A DNA stretch of 64,000 nt from an uncultured Clostridia bacterium (GTDB taxonomy: Bacteria > Bacillota > Clostridia > Tissierellales > DATGTQ01): positions 2,402 through 66,401 of the forward strand of contig CAYUTQ010000003.1 of the NCBI GenBank assembly GCA_964447805.1, in the 5' to 3' direction. The notes beneath the pieces are model-generated. The model did not search any database. It was not told where the DNA came from and saw only the letters and a program-made list of their open reading frames with translations. Within the stretch, counting starts at the first letter, position 1; each line of letters opens with the position of its first letter. Below, piece by piece: positions 18,683 through 30,122 of the stretch. Position numbers and translations under genes: made by a program.

Positions 18683-19423
18683 ATGTTTAAGGATAAGTAT
18701 GTTTCAGTAATAATTGCTGCAGCAGGAATGAGCAATAGAATGGGAAGTAAAATCAATAAACAATTTATTTTTATTGATAACAAACCTATTTTAGCTCATA
18801 CTTTAGAAAAATTTGAAAGTTGTGACTATATAGATGAAGTTATAGTTGTAGCTAAAGAAGAAGAAATAGAATATTGCAAGAGAGAAATTGTAAAAAGATA
18901 TGAATTCAATAAGGTGAAAAAGGTAGTCAAAGGAGGAGGAGAAAGACAGTATTCAGTATATAATGGGTTGTTGGCTTTAAATGAAAAGGTAGATATAGTA
19001 TTGATACATGACGGAGCTAGACCCTTTGTAAAAAAAGAAAATATTGTTGATGGTATAAAAGGAGTAATAAAATATGGTGCTTGTGTAATAGGAGTTCCTG
19101 TAATAGACACTATAAAAGTGGTAGATAATAATAAAAATATAAATACAACTCCAAATCGTTCACAATTATGGGCAGCACAAACACCTCAATGTTTTAAGTA
19201 TTCTATTATTATGAATGCTTATGAAAATGCTATAAAAGATAGGTTCATTGGTACAGATGATAGTGTGTTGGTGGAAAGAAGTGGCTATAATGTGAAGATG
19301 ATTAAGGGAAGTTATGAGAATATTAAAATTACTACTCCTGAAGATTTACTTGTAGCAGAATCTGTTTTAAAGGACAAGGATTTTTTTCATAGAAAAAGAG
19401 AATTTATTTTTCAAACTAGGTAA
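18683..19423 (+). CDS. ispD: 2-C-methyl-D-erythritol 4-phosphate cytidylyltransferase
   Basis: VIIAAAGMSNRMG motif (P-loop-like CTP site). ATG 18683 follows the GAGGTG RBS. Confidence 0.93.
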   Translation: MFKDKYVSVIIAAAGMSNRMGSKINKQFIFIDNKPILAHTLEKFESCDYIDEVIVVAKEEEIEYCKREIVKRYEFNKVKKVVKGGGERQYSVYNGLLALNEKVDIVLIHDGARPFVKKENIVDGIKGVIKYGACVIGVPVIDTIKVVDNNKNINTTPNRSQLWAAQTPQCFKYSIIMNAYENAIKDRFIGTDDSVLVERSGYNVKMIKGSYENIKITTPEDLLVAESVLKDKDFFHRKREFIFQTR

Positions 19424-19434
19424 GGTGATTAAAT

Positions 19435-19908
19435 ATGAGAGTAGGTATAGGGTATGATATTCATCAAATGGTAGAAGGAAGAAAATTAATTATAGGAGGA
19501 GTAGATATTCCATATAAAAAAGGACTTTTGGGTCATTCAGATGCAGATGTTTTAGTACATGCTATTATGGATAGTATTTTAGGTGCATTAGCTTTAAATG
19601 ATATTGGAAAACATTTTCCTGATACAGATATGAAGTATAAGGATATATCTAGTTTAATATTATTGGAGAAGGTATACAATATTATGATAGAAAGAGGATA
19701 TGAAATTGCAAATATAGATAGTGTGGTTGCAGCTCAATCCCCTAAACTTGAACCGTACATATTGGATATGAGAAAAAATATTTCACAAGTGCTTAACACT
19801 TCTATTTATAATGTAAATGTTAAAGCTACAACTACAGAAAAACTTGGTTTTGTAGGAAGAGAGGAAGGTATTTCTGCTTATAGTGTCTGTTTAATAAATG
19901 CAGTATAA
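19435..19908 (+). CDS. ispF: 2-C-methyl-D-erythritol 2,4-cyclodiphosphate synthase
   Basis: 157 aa. N-terminus [10 protein letters not shown] and motif [12 protein letters not shown]. Confidence 0.95.
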   Translation: MRVGIGYDIHQMVEGRKLIIGGVDIPYKKGLLGHSDADVLVHAIMDSILGALALNDIGKHFPDTDMKYKDISSLILLEKVYNIMIERGYEIANIDSVVAAQSPKLEPYILDMRKNISQVLNTSIYNVNVKATTTEKLGFVGREEGISAYSVCLINAV

Positions 19909-19920
19909 GGGGGATTTTTT

Positions 19921-20649
19921 ATGATAGAAGTAATAAACTTAACAAAGAAATTCAAAGAAACAATTGCAGTAGAGAATATATCTTTTAAAGTTGAAGAAGG
20001 GGTAGTATTTGGTCTTTTAGGTGAAAATGGGGCTGGGAAAACAACAACTCTAAGAGTATTAGCTACAATGCTTAAACCTACAAATGGTAATATAGTGATT
20101 AATAATTATGACATAATGAAGGAGCCTGAAAAGGTAAGAAAAGAGATTGGAATTTTATTTGGTGGCGAGACTGGTCTTTATGATAGATTAACAGCTAGAG
20201 AGAATATTGAGTATTTTGGTTTATTAAATGGTATGAATAGAGATGAAATTGATTTGAGAATAGATTTACTTTCTAAAAGACTTAAAATGGAAGAATATAT
20301 AGATAGAAGAGCTGGAAATTTTTCAAAAGGTATGAAACAAAAAGTTTCTATAGCTAGAAGTATAATTCATAATCCACCAATTATGTTATTTGACGAACCT
20401 ACTTCTGGTTTGGATGTAACAGCTGTAAGAATAGTGCATGAATTTATTAAAGAATTAAAACAAGAAGGTAAGACAATTGTTTTTTCTAGTCATTCTATGG
20501 ATGAGGTTGAAAAATTATGTGATGAAGTAGGAATAATTAACAATGGTAAATTAATAGAAGTATCTAATTTAGAAGAATTAAAAAACAAATATGAAGAAGA
20601 TAATTTAGAAGAAATATTTGTATCTTTGGTAGGTGGAAATAATGAGTAG
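19921..20649 (+). CDS. ABC transporter ATP-binding protein (NatA-like)
   Basis: Walker A GENGAGKTT, signature FSKGMKQK, Walker B MLFDEPTSGLD. Confidence 0.9.
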   Translation: MIEVINLTKKFKETIAVENISFKVEEGVVFGLLGENGAGKTTTLRVLATMLKPTNGNIVINNYDIMKEPEKVRKEIGILFGGETGLYDRLTARENIEYFGLLNGMNRDEIDLRIDLLSKRLKMEEYIDRRAGNFSKGMKQKVSIARSIIHNPPIMLFDEPTSGLDVTAVRIVHEFIKELKQEGKTIVFSSHSMDEVEKLCDEVGIINNGKLIEVSNLEELKNKYEEDNLEEIFVSLVGGNNE

Positions 20650-21814
20650 GTATACTTGGATAGTTTTTAAAAAAGAGATTATAGATACTTTTAGAGATAG
20701 AAAGACTATTATTTCTAGTATAATTATTCCTATCATAATATTTCCTTTAATAGCTTTTTTTATGGGATTAGGAAGCTCAGATTTAGTCAAAGAAAGGACA
20801 AAGCCCGTAGATATAGCATTGGTATTTGAAAAAGAAAATAGTTTTACTGAATATCTTAAAAATAATAAGGAAGTTAATATTAAAAAAGTAAAGGATACTA
20901 AAGAGGCTTTAGATAAATTAGATATAAAAGCTATAGTAAAAGTAGATAATGAGTTTGATAAAAAAATTAAAAAAGGCGAAAAGCCTAAAATAGAAATATT
21001 ATATGATAATACTAGTCAAAAATCAGATATGGCGTATTCTAGGATAACAGAAACAATTTCTAATTATTCACAAGTTATTGTAGAAGAAAGGCTAAAAAAA
21101 GCAGATATTGATCCAGAGCTTCTTCAACCTATTGATATAGAAGGTACTACAGTTTCTAAAGAGGGTGGAGAAGGCATTATGATATTTGCTATGATGTTAC
21201 CTTTTATGTTGACTATATGGTCGGCTGTAGGCGGTATACCAGCAGCTACAGACTTAGGAGCAGGAGAAAAAGAGAGACAAACATTAGAACCTCTTTTAGC
21301 AACTCAAGCAGATAGAACTTCTATACTTATGGGAAAATATTTTACCGTTGTTGTAGCTGGAATTATGGGAACTATTGCATCTTTAATAGGTTTTTTAATT
21401 GCTTTAAAAATAAATCCTTATTTTTTAGGAAAGGGAACGATATTACCGTTAAAATCTGTGGGTATAATAGCTTTATTGTGCATAGAATTAGCTCTTGCTT
21501 TTTCTAGTATAGAATTAGCTATTAGTTTTTATGCAAGAAATTTTAAAGAGGCACAAACATATTTAAATCCTTTAACTATAGTTCTTATGGTACCTGCTTA
21601 TTTAACTATGTTTACTGATGGTAGAGCAATACCAAAATATTATTTTCATGTACCTATTGTTAATACTATTGGTGTAATTAAAGAAGTTATAGTTTCTGTG
21701 TGGAATTGTAAGCATATTTTAATTACTAGTTTGTGGAATTTAGTATATATATTTATATTTATGATTATTGCATTAGAAATATTTGAAAAAGAAGAGGTAA
21801 TATTTAGAAATTAA
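20642..21814 (+). CDS. ABC-2 type transporter permease (NatB-like)
   Basis: N-terminal TM helix, a large extracytoplasmic loop, then 5 TM helices. ATG 20642 overlaps the stop of the ATPase gene (ATGAGTAG), indicating coupling. Confidence 0.85.
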   Translation: MSRYTWIVFKKEIIDTFRDRKTIISSIIIPIIIFPLIAFFMGLGSSDLVKERTKPVDIALVFEKENSFTEYLKNNKEVNIKKVKDTKEALDKLDIKAIVKVDNEFDKKIKKGEKPKIEILYDNTSQKSDMAYSRITETISNYSQVIVEERLKKADIDPELLQPIDIEGTTVSKEGGEGIMIFAMMLPFMLTIWSAVGGIPAATDLGAGEKERQTLEPLLATQADRTSILMGKYFTVVVAGIMGTIASLIGFLIALKINPYFLGKGTILPLKSVGIIALLCIELALAFSSIELAISFYARNFKEAQTYLNPLTIVLMVPAYLTMFTDGRAIPKYYFHVPIVNTIGVIKEVIVSVWNCKHILITSLWNLVYIFIFMIIALEIFEKEEVIFRN

Positions 21815-21819
21815 ATTTG

Positions 21820-21848
21820 TTGACAATATAAGATTTTTTTAGTAATAT
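21820..21848 (+). promoter_or_regulatory. Sigma-A type promoter of the proS leader
   Basis: TTGACA (21820-21825), 17-nt spacer, TAATAT (21843-21848). Confidence 0.7.
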
Positions 21849-21864
21849 GTATATAATTAAATAT

Positions 21865-22094
21865 TTGCTATGAGGAGAAATAGTAAATATTAAAGGTCTT
21901 AGAGAGGAAGTTGAAATGCTGAAAGACTTCTGACCCTCTTGATATTGAACCCATCTCTGAGCATTTAGGCAGAAAAATAGTAAGCCTAAACGGTGATATC
22001 GTTAAATATTTTAAGGTGATTTATAATTATTATTTTATAAATTACTAGAGTGGTACCGCGAACTAACTTCGTCTCTAAGAGACGAAGTTTTTTT
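21865..22094 (+). promoter_or_regulatory. T-box riboswitch leader, proline specifier
   Basis: Stem I elements are present (TGAGGAGAAATAGTA, AGAGAG). Specifier loop GAA-CCC-A carries CCC at 21950-21952. T-box sequence AGAGTGGTACCGCG lies at 22047-22060. The terminator is an 11-bp stem AACTTCGTCTC / GAGACGAAGTT (22065-22089) plus a T-run. Confidence 0.9.
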
Positions 22095-22126
22095 ATATTA
22101 AAAAGATTATAATGGAGGGAATAAAA

Positions 22127-23848
22127 ATGAGAATGTCAAAATTATATATGCCAACTTTGAGGGAGGTGCCAGCAGAAGCAGAAATTCCTAGTCATCAATT
22201 ATTATTAAGAGCTGGCATGATGAGGAAATTAGCATCAGGAGTATATTCTTACTTGCCTCTTGGTTATCGTGTTATAAGAAAAATTGAACAAATAGTGAGA
22301 GAGGAAATGGACAAAGCGGGAGCCCAAGAATTATTAATGTCAGCAATACAACCAAAAGAATTATGGGAAGCTAGTGGAAGATGGGAGAATTTTGGGCCTG
22401 AAATGTTTAAATTAAAAGATAGACATGAAAGAGAGTTTTGTTTAGGACCAACTCATGAAGAATATTTTACAAATCTTATAAAAAGTGAAATTAAATCTTA
22501 TAAGCAACTTCCTTTAAATTTATATCAAATTCAAACTAAATATAGGGATGAAAAGAGACCTAGATTTGGATTAATTAGAGGTCGTGAGTTTATTATGAAA
22601 GATGCTTATAGTTTTGATATTGATAGAGAAGGAATGATGCAATCTTATGAAAATATGTGGAAAGCTTATGAAAAAGTTTTTGATAGATTAAAATTGAAGT
22701 ATAAGATAGTAGAAGGAGATTCTGGAGCTATGGGTGGAAACAAGTCCCATGAGTTTATGGCTATGTCAGAAGTAGGTGAAGGTTTAGTTGTTTATTGTGA
22801 AAGCTGTGATTATGCTGCTACAGATGAAAAAGTAAAGGTAGTTTATCATTTTGATGAAGATGAGAAAGAACTTGAAAAAGAAAAAATATACACTCCAAAT
22901 ATAAAAACTATTGAAGAATTAACAGCATTTTTAAAAGTTAAAGAAAGCAAAATGGCAAAGGCTGTAATATACAAGATAGAAAATGAACCAATTATTGTGT
23001 TAGTACCAGGGGATAGAGAATTGAATGAAACTAAATTGTGTAATTATCTAGGAATTGCTGTACATGAATTGGAGTTAGCAGACAATGAAACAATAAAAAA
23101 TATAACTGGAGCAGAAGCAGGATTTACTGGACCCTTGGGATTAAAAGAAGAGGTAAGATTAATAGTTGATTCACGAATAAAAAATATGAAGAATCTTATT
23201 GTAGGAGGAAATGAGACAAATTATCATATGAAAAATGTAAATTATGGTAGGGATTTTACTGGAGAAGTAGTGGAGGATTTAGTTAATATTAAAGAAGGGG
23301 ATTTGTGCCCTAAATGTGGGAAAACTCTTGTTATAGATAGAGGTATAGAGGTTGGAAACATATTTCAATTAGGTACTAAATATAGTGAGAGTTTGAATGC
23401 AACTTATTTAGATGAAGATGGCAAGGATAAAGTTTTCTATATGGGTTCTTATGGTATAGGAGTTTCTAGATCCATGTCAGCTATAGTAGAGCAATATCAT
23501 GATGAATATGGGATTATTTGGCCTTTAGTAGTAGCACCATATCATGTAATTATTACAGTGATTAATATGAAAAATGAAGAACAGAAAAAAGTAGGAGAAA
23601 AATTATATAGGGAATTACAAGATTTAGGTATAGAGGTATTATTAGATGATAGGAATGAAAGGGCAGGAGTTAAATTTAATGATAGAGATTTAATAGGTAT
23701 TCCAATAAGAATAACTGTAGGTAGGAAAGCTGAGGAAGGAATTGTAGAATATTCATTAAGAAAGGAAGAGAAAAATACTGATATTAAAGGCGATGAAGTA
23801 AAAAATAAAGTTTTAGAAGAATTTAATAAAGAGGGATTAAAATTATAA
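22127..23848 (+). CDS. proS: Prolyl-tRNA synthetase (bacterial type with INS editing domain)
   Basis: N-terminus [30 protein letters not shown] is typical of ProS. Class II motifs are present. ATG 22127 follows the GGAGGG RBS. Confidence 0.95.
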   Translation: MRMSKLYMPTLREVPAEAEIPSHQLLLRAGMMRKLASGVYSYLPLGYRVIRKIEQIVREEMDKAGAQELLMSAIQPKELWEASGRWENFGPEMFKLKDRHEREFCLGPTHEEYFTNLIKSEIKSYKQLPLNLYQIQTKYRDEKRPRFGLIRGREFIMKDAYSFDIDREGMMQSYENMWKAYEKVFDRLKLKYKIVEGDSGAMGGNKSHEFMAMSEVGEGLVVYCESCDYAATDEKVKVVYHFDEDEKELEKEKIYTPNIKTIEELTAFLKVKESKMAKAVIYKIENEPIIVLVPGDRELNETKLCNYLGIAVHELELADNETIKNITGAEAGFTGPLGLKEEVRLIVDSRIKNMKNLIVGGNETNYHMKNVNYGRDFTGEVVEDLVNIKEGDLCPKCGKTLVIDRGIEVGNIFQLGTKYSESLNATYLDEDGKDKVFYMGSYGIGVSRSMSAIVEQYHDEYGIIWPLVVAPYHVIITVINMKNEEQKKVGEKLYRELQDLGIEVLLDDRNERAGVKFNDRDLIGIPIRITVGRKAEEGIVEYSLRKEEKNTDIKGDEVKNKVLEEFNKEGLKL

Positions 23849-24008
23849 AATAGAATAACTATTGATATATTAAAGAGATTATTTTATGAATGTGAGGTTA
23901 CAAAAATATATCAAAGAAATTTTAAAAATTAATATACTTGTAAAATTTTAGATAATAAGGTATTCTATTTTAGAAGGTAATTATTTTATTATATTGGGGG
24001 GATTAATA

Positions 24009-24869
24009 ATGGAGAAGAAAGTATTTTCTATTATGCTTATAGCTGTTCTTTTGTTTTCATCTATTGTGGCATGTGCTGATAGTGTGGGAAATGAAGTAGT
24101 AGTAAGTATAGGTAAAAATTTAAATGAAGAACAAAAGAAAGATGTATTTAATTATTTTGGTGTAGATGAAAATGTTAAGTTAGTAGAAGTGACTAATCAA
24201 GAAGAAAGACAGTATTTAGGTAAGTATATAGATGAAAAGTTATTGGGAACAAGAGCCTTATCTTGTGCATGTGTTGAAAAAACTGGAGAAGGGCAAGGAA
24301 TTACAGTAGAAACTCGCAATATTACTTGGGTTACAGAGGATATGTATAGAAATGCATTAATAACAGCTGGTGTCAAAGATGCAAAAGTGAAAGTAACAAG
24401 TCCAGTCAATGTCTCAGGAACAGCTGCATTAACTGGTATAATAAAAGCGTTTGAAGATATGACAGGAGAAGAAGTAACACAATTAGAAAAAGATGTAGCC
24501 AGTGAAGAAATTGCTAAAACTGCACAACTAGGAGATGAAATTGGTAAGGAAGAAGCTAGTGAGCTTATTAATGATGTAAAAGCTTATGTAGTTGCAAATG
24601 ATATTAAAAGTGAAAAAGACATTAGAAAAGCCATAGAAGATATATCAGAAAAATTGGGGATTGAACTTACTGAAGAACAAATAGAAGAAATAATATCATT
24701 AATGAAACGTATTTCAAAATTGGATTTAAATTTAGATGAAATTAAAACCCAATTAAAAGATATATCTGGGAAATTAGATGATATTATTGGACAAAATGAG
24801 GAAGTAAAGTCTTTTTTGGGCAAAATATTAGATGCTATAACTAATTTTTTCAAAAAAATGTTTAGTTAA
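24009..24869 (+). CDS. Secreted DUF1002-like protein
   Basis: The signal peptide [23 protein letters not shown] is followed by an acidic repeat-rich helical C-terminus. The family assignment is from memory of DUF1002 architecture. Confidence 0.7.
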   Translation: MEKKVFSIMLIAVLLFSSIVACADSVGNEVVVSIGKNLNEEQKKDVFNYFGVDENVKLVEVTNQEERQYLGKYIDEKLLGTRALSCACVEKTGEGQGITVETRNITWVTEDMYRNALITAGVKDAKVKVTSPVNVSGTAALTGIIKAFEDMTGEEVTQLEKDVASEEIAKTAQLGDEIGKEEASELINDVKAYVVANDIKSEKDIRKAIEDISEKLGIELTEEQIEEIISLMKRISKLDLNLDEIKTQLKDISGKLDDIIGQNEEVKSFLGKILDAITNFFKKMFS

Positions 24870-24883
24870 TAATTTTACCTTTG

Positions 24884-24912
24884 TTGATACTATAAAAAAG
24901 GTATTATATAAT
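24884..24912 (+). promoter_or_regulatory. Sigma-A type promoter of gltX
   Basis: TTGATA (24884-24889), 17-nt spacer, TATAAT (24907-24912). Confidence 0.7.
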
Positions 24913-24945
24913 AGACAGGAAAGTTATTTTGGAGGTGTGGTAGCA

Positions 24946-26430
24946 GTGGAAGAAGTAAGACTTAGATTTGCTCCAAGTCCTACAGGTTTTATACACATAG
25001 GATCGATTAGAACGGCTCTTTACAATTATTTATTTGCAAGACATAATAATGGAAAGCTTATTTTGAGGATAGAAGATACAGATAGAACTAGATATGTAGA
25101 AGGAGCTATTGAAAATTTAATTGATTCTTTGGAATGGGCTGGAATAAAATATGATGAAGGTGTATTTTTAGAGAATGGAGAAATAGTTCAAAAAGGGGAT
25201 TTTGGACCATATATTCAATCACAAAGGTTAGATATTTATAGAAAATATGTAGATGAGTTAGTAAAAAAAGGTTATGCTTATTATTGTTTTTGCTCAAAAG
25301 AAAGACTTGATGCAGTAAGAGAAGAACAGAAAATAAAAGGACTGGTTCCTAAGTATGATGGGTTTTGTAGAAATATTCCTATAGAGGAAGCAAAGGCAAG
25401 AATAGCAGAGGGAGAAGAATATGTAGTAAGGTTAAAACTGCCTCATAATAAAGATGTAAAATTCCATGATTTGGTAAAAGGAAATATTGTTATAAATACT
25501 GATGATATGGATGATCAGGTGCTTTTGAAATCTGATGGCTATCCTACCTATCATATGGCGGTAGTAGTAGATGATCATTTAATGAATATTACTCATATAG
25601 TTCGTGGAGAAGAGTGGCTTGCTTCAACTCCAAAGCATATATTAATATATGAGGCCTTTGGATGGGATAAACCAGAATATGTTCATTTACCTACTGTTTT
25701 AAATAAGGACAGAAAAAAACTGAGTAAGCGACATGGAGATGTATCAGTAGAGGGTTTCAAGAAAGAAGGATATTTACCAGAAGCTATAGTAAATTATCTT
25801 GCTTTGGTGGGTTGGAGCCCAGATAGCAATGAAGAGATACTTTCCATGGAGGAATTAATAGAACAATTTTCTTTTGAAAGAGTTTCTAAAACAGGTGGTA
25901 TATTTGATAAAAATAAACTTAATTGGATAAATGGACATTATATAAGGAGTAAGAGTCCAGAAGAAATTACGGATATTTGTATACCTTATTTAAAAGAAGC
26001 AAATTATATTATAGATGAAGATGTAGAAGAAAGATATAATTGGATAAAGGCAATGGTTGTAACTGTACAAGAAAGTTTATCTACAACTAAAGAAATAGTA
26101 GATAAAGTAGATATTTTCTTTAAAAATGAGGTAGAATTAGAAGATGATAATGCTGCAGAAGTTTTGAAAGGGGAACAAGTTCCAACATTGTTATCTACAT
26201 TAAAAGAAGAATTAGATACAATAGAAGAAATAGATGAAGAATTTGCAAAAAATATTATGAAGAGAATTCAGAAAAAAACAGGAATAAAGGGAAAGAATTT
26301 GTTCATGCCTGTAAGAGTTGCATTGACTGGAAATGTGCATGGACCAGAATTAGCTAATATTATCTATGTTTTAGGTAAACAAAATATATTAAAACGCATA
26401 GATTATATAGAAAACAATTATATTAATTAA
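24946..26430 (+). CDS. gltX: Glutamyl-tRNA synthetase
   Basis: [22 protein letters not shown] (HIGH-type motif) and KLSKRHG (KMSKS). GTG 24946 lies 8 nt after GGAGGTG, and the track GTG 24937 overlaps that RBS. Confidence 0.94.
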   Translation: MEEVRLRFAPSPTGFIHIGSIRTALYNYLFARHNNGKLILRIEDTDRTRYVEGAIENLIDSLEWAGIKYDEGVFLENGEIVQKGDFGPYIQSQRLDIYRKYVDELVKKGYAYYCFCSKERLDAVREEQKIKGLVPKYDGFCRNIPIEEAKARIAEGEEYVVRLKLPHNKDVKFHDLVKGNIVINTDDMDDQVLLKSDGYPTYHMAVVVDDHLMNITHIVRGEEWLASTPKHILIYEAFGWDKPEYVHLPTVLNKDRKKLSKRHGDVSVEGFKKEGYLPEAIVNYLALVGWSPDSNEEILSMEELIEQFSFERVSKTGGIFDKNKLNWINGHYIRSKSPEEITDICIPYLKEANYIIDEDVEERYNWIKAMVVTVQESLSTTKEIVDKVDIFFKNEVELEDDNAAEVLKGEQVPTLLSTLKEELDTIEEIDEEFAKNIMKRIQKKTGIKGKNLFMPVRVALTGNVHGPELANIIYVLGKQNILKRIDYIENNYIN

Positions 26431-26466
26431 TTAAATGAATGTAGTAAATTTCATTTAAAGTAATGC

Positions 26467-26495
26467 TTGAAATTTAGGTTAAGTTAATATACAAT
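26467..26495 (+). promoter_or_regulatory. Sigma-A type promoter of the cysE-cysS leader
   Basis: TTGAAA (26467-26472), 17-nt spacer, TACAAT (26490-26495). Confidence 0.65.
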
Positions 26496-26519
26496 ATGAT
26501 TAATCAATTTAATACTAAA

Positions 26520-26766
26520 AGGTTATGATAAGGTAAAGTAGATTTAATCAAACTTACAGAGAGGGATTTCTACCTAGCTGAGAGGAATCTTAAGTTCATG
26601 TTAAATTGAAGTGCACCTTTGAGCCATTGCCCGAAGAAATAAAAGTAGGGTAAATCGGGAAAACCGTTATTTTGTAAATATGAGAGGACTCCTTGTTGTT
26701 TTGAAGGGGATCTAGTTAGAGTGGAACCGCGGTAAAACCGTCTCTGTATTTGAGACGGTTTTTTTA
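26520..26766 (+). promoter_or_regulatory. T-box riboswitch leader, cysteine specifier
   Basis: Stem I elements are present (TGATAAGGTAAAGTAGA, AGAGAG, GCTGAGA). Specifier UGC lies at 26612-26614, followed by A. T-box sequence AGAGTGGAACCGCGG is present. The terminator is AAACCGTCTC / GAGACGGTTT (26735-26761) plus a T-run. Confidence 0.9.
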
Positions 26767-26794
26767 TATTATAAATATGAAAGGAATGAAAGAT

Positions 26795-27466
26795 ATGTGG
26801 GAAACTATAAAAGAAGATGTGAAAGCTATTAGACAAAGAGACCCAGCTGTTAAGAGTTGGGTTGAGGCTGTACTTTGTTATCCTGGATTACATGCTCTAT
26901 TCTTTTATAGAATAGCCCATTTCCTTTACAATAAAAAATTATTTCTTTTAGCTCGTATAATTTCAAATATAAGCAGATTCTTTACAGGTGTAGAGATACA
27001 TCCAGGAGCTAAAATAGGTAGAGGGGTATTTATAGATCATGGAATGGGAGTGGTAATTGGAGAGACTGCTGAGGTTGGAAATAATGTAACTATATATCAA
27101 GGTGTGACACTAGGAGGGACTGGAAAAGAAAAGGGGAAAAGACATCCAACTATTGGTAATAACGTAATGATCAGTAGTGGGGCTAAAGTATTAGGACCAT
27201 TTAATGTAGGGGATAACTCAAAGATAGGTGCTGGTTCAGTAGTATTAAAAGAAGTACCAGCTAATTGTACTGTAGTTGGGGTACCTGGTAGAGTAGTGGT
27301 TAAAAACAATAAACCACTTAAAGTTGTAAAAGAAGAGGTGGATTTAGATCAGGTACGTTTACCAGATCCAGTGTCTCAAGAAATAGAAGATTTAAAGAAA
27401 AAAATATCTAATTTAGAAAGTATTTTATATAGCAGAGAGGAGAATTCAAAAAATGAAATTATATAA
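26795..27466 (+). CDS. cysE: Serine O-acetyltransferase
   Basis: N-terminus MWETIKEDVKAIRQRDPA, followed by hexapeptide repeats. The track start at 26750 lies inside the T-box terminator hairpin. In-frame alternatives are ATG 26777 and 26786. Confidence 0.92.
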   Translation: MWETIKEDVKAIRQRDPAVKSWVEAVLCYPGLHALFFYRIAHFLYNKKLFLLARIISNISRFFTGVEIHPGAKIGRGVFIDHGMGVVIGETAEVGNNVTIYQGVTLGGTGKEKGKRHPTIGNNVMISSGAKVLGPFNVGDNSKIGAGSVVLKEVPANCTVVGVPGRVVVKNNKPLKVVKEEVDLDQVRLPDPVSQEIEDLKKKISNLESILYSREENSKNEII

Positions 27467-28850
27467 TACTTTAACAAGAAAAAAAGAAGAATTTAAACCA
27501 CTAAATGATAAAGAAGTCACTATATATGTATGTGGACCTACTGTATATAATAATATTCATATAGGTAATGCTAGACCTTTAATAATTTTTGATACTTTAA
27601 GAAGATATTTTAAATACAAAGGTATGAAAGTAAAATATGTAATGAATTTTACAGATATTGATGATAAAATGATAAAAAAAGCTAATGAAGAAGGTACTAC
27701 AGTAAAGAAAATAGCAGATAGGTATATTAATGAGTTTTTTAAAGATACAGAAGGTTTAGGAATTTTGGAAGAGGAGACATTACATCCTAGAGCAACTGAG
27801 CATATGGATGATATAATTAAATTTGTTAAACAATTGGAAGACAAAGGAGCAGCTTATAATGTAGATGGAAATGTGTATTTTGATATTTCTAAGGCTAAAA
27901 ATTATGGAAAATTATCTAAAAAAAACATAGAAGAACTTATGAGTGGAGCAAGAATAGAAATAAATAAAGATAAGAAAAATCCTATGGATTTTGTATTATG
28001 GAAAAAGGAGAAAAGTGGAGAACCTTCTTGGGATAGCCCTTGGGGTAAAGGAAGACCTGGTTGGCATATTGAGTGTTCTGTAATGGCAAAAGAGCTTCTT
28101 GGAGAGACTATAGATATTCATGCTGGAGGAGATGATTTGCAATTTCCTCATCATGAAAATGAAATTGCTCAAAGTGAAACTTTGTCAGGAAAACCTTTTG
28201 CAAATTATTGGCTTCATAATGCTATGATAAACATAGAAGATCAAAAAATGAGTAAGTCTGCTTTTAATTTTTCTACAGTAAAAGAAATAAAGGAAAAATT
28301 TGATTTAGAGGTGTTGAGAATTTTTATGTTGTCAGCCCATTATAGGAATCCTATTAATTTTAGTGTAGAATTAATGAAACAGGCTCAAAAAGGATTAGAC
28401 AGATTATATAATGGAAAGAAAAATTTAGAATATTTAATGGAAAAGGCTAAAAACAAAGAAATGACAGAAGAAGAAGTTAAACAAAAAAATAAAATTAAAC
28501 TTTATAAAGAAAAGTTTTTTAAGAGTATGGATGATGACTTAAATACAGCAGATGCAATTGCAGTCCTTTTTGAGATAGTAAAATATGCCAATTTAAATTT
28601 GGATGAAAGAAGTCCTAAAAGTTTGATATCATATACTTATGATACATTAATGGAACTTTCTGAAATTTTAGGGTTATTATTAAAAAAAGATGAATTATTA
28701 AATGATGAAATTGTAGAACTTATAGAAAAAAGAGCTGAGGCGAGAAAGAATAAAAACTTTGAGTTAGCAGATGAAATTAGAGATAATCTTAGAAAACAAG
28801 GAATTATACTTGAAGATACATCAAAAGGAGTAAAATGGAAGAGAGTGTAG
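27453..28850 (+). CDS. cysS: Cysteinyl-tRNA synthetase
   Basis: YVCGPTVYNNIHIGNAR (HIGH) and KMSKS. It overlaps cysE by 14 nt. Confidence 0.96.
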   Translation: MKLYNTLTRKKEEFKPLNDKEVTIYVCGPTVYNNIHIGNARPLIIFDTLRRYFKYKGMKVKYVMNFTDIDDKMIKKANEEGTTVKKIADRYINEFFKDTEGLGILEEETLHPRATEHMDDIIKFVKQLEDKGAAYNVDGNVYFDISKAKNYGKLSKKNIEELMSGARIEINKDKKNPMDFVLWKKEKSGEPSWDSPWGKGRPGWHIECSVMAKELLGETIDIHAGGDDLQFPHHENEIAQSETLSGKPFANYWLHNAMINIEDQKMSKSAFNFSTVKEIKEKFDLEVLRIFMLSAHYRNPINFSVELMKQAQKGLDRLYNGKKNLEYLMEKAKNKEMTEEEVKQKNKIKLYKEKFFKSMDDDLNTADAIAVLFEIVKYANLNLDERSPKSLISYTYDTLMELSEILGLLLKKDELLNDEIVELIEKRAEARKNKNFELADEIRDNLRKQGIILEDTSKGVKWKRV

Positions 28851-28852
28851 AT

Positions 28853-29266
28853 ATGAAAAATAATTTTAATAAATTAAGAAATAGACTAACTGTAAAGGAG
28901 ATAGAAGCATTATCTCCTTTACAGTTAGCATATATTGGAGATGCAGTATATGAATTACTTGTAAGAACTTATTTAGTTAAAAAAGGATTACCAGTAAAAA
29001 AACTTCATAAAAAAGCTGTTGGATATGTAAAAGCAGAAGCTCAATGTAATATAGTTCATATATTAGAAAAGGAGCTAACAAATGAGGAGAAAAATCTTGT
29101 AAAGAGAGGTAGAAATGCTAAAAATAATTCAGTTCCTAAAAATGCAGAGTTAATGGATTATAAATATGCAACTGGTTTTGAAACTTTAATAGGTTATCTT
29201 TTTTTAACTGGCAAAGATGAGAGGATATTTTGTTTATTTGATGAAATAATAAACATGGAAATATAA
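28853..29266 (+). CDS. mrnC: Mini-ribonuclease 3
   Basis: LAYIGDAVYELLVRTYL RNase III-like signature. Follows cysS as in Bacillus (yazC). The alternative start ATG 28835 overlaps cysS. Confidence 0.88.
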   Translation: MKNNFNKLRNRLTVKEIEALSPLQLAYIGDAVYELLVRTYLVKKGLPVKKLHKKAVGYVKAEAQCNIVHILEKELTNEEKNLVKRGRNAKNNSVPKNAELMDYKYATGFETLIGYLFLTGKDERIFCLFDEIINMEI

Positions 29267-29285
29267 AATTAAAGGGGGTTAAAAT

Positions 29286-30056
29286 ATGGAATCAAAAATG
29301 AAGGTGAAACTTTTGAGGTATACACCTAATGGAGAAAAATTAATAGCATCAGCTGCAAAGCTTTGTTATTCACCGGTTGGAATAGACAAAATTGAGCAAA
29401 ATTTAGAAGATGACAAGGTAGATAAGTTTTTAAATAAATTAATGAAATTAGGTCATGAATCTCCCTTGGAGCATATAAGTTTCACATTTGGAATAGAAGG
29501 AGTTTCGAGAACTTTAACTCATCAATTAGTAAGGCATAGAATAGCAAGTTATTCTCAACAATCACAAAGATATGTAAAATTAAATCAATTTGAATACATA
29601 ATACCTCCTTCTATTAAAAATATACCAGAAGCTAAGGAAATGTTTGTAAAGGCTATGAAAGAAGATCAAAGATATTATGATGAAATAACAAAACTTTTAT
29701 ATAAAACTAATTATTACAAATATATAGAAGAAGGATATGAAGAAAAAGAAGCTAGATTAAAAGCAGAAAAAGCATCTATAGAAGATGCAAGGTATATATT
29801 TCCAAATGCATGTGAAACTAAAATTGTTGTTACAATGAATGCAAGAAGTTTACTAAATTTTTTTGAACTTAGGACTTGCAATAGGGCTCAATGGGAAATA
29901 AGACAATTAGCTATTGAAATGCTTAAAAAAGTAAAGAAAATATATCCTACATTATTTAAAAATGCAGGCCCTAGTTGCTTAACAGGATTTTGTCCAGAAG
30001 GAAATATGGCTTGTGGAAGAATAGAAGAAGTTAGAGAGAAATTTAAAAATATTTAA
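29286..30056 (+). CDS. thyX: Flavin-dependent thymidylate synthase ThyX
   Basis: ThyX motif [14 protein letters not shown] (RHRxxSxxxxSxR). Confidence 0.93.
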   Translation: MESKMKVKLLRYTPNGEKLIASAAKLCYSPVGIDKIEQNLEDDKVDKFLNKLMKLGHESPLEHISFTFGIEGVSRTLTHQLVRHRIASYSQQSQRYVKLNQFEYIIPPSIKNIPEAKEMFVKAMKEDQRYYDEITKLLYKTNYYKYIEEGYEEKEARLKAEKASIEDARYIFPNACETKIVVTMNARSLLNFFELRTCNRAQWEIRQLAIEMLKKVKKIYPTLFKNAGPSCLTGFCPEGNMACGRIEEVREKFKNI

Positions 30057-30122
30057 CTAAATTTTTTATTGAATAAATAGAGCTGGTGGAGATAGATGAG
30101 ATGTTTTTAAGGAGTGGGAATT

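Noticed and set aside
26570-26836. Minus-strand 88-aa ORF upstream of cysE, and the track cysE start at 26750.
   Set aside because: The region is a T-box leader on the plus strand. The track start at 26750 falls inside the terminator hairpin, so cysE was re-started at 26795.
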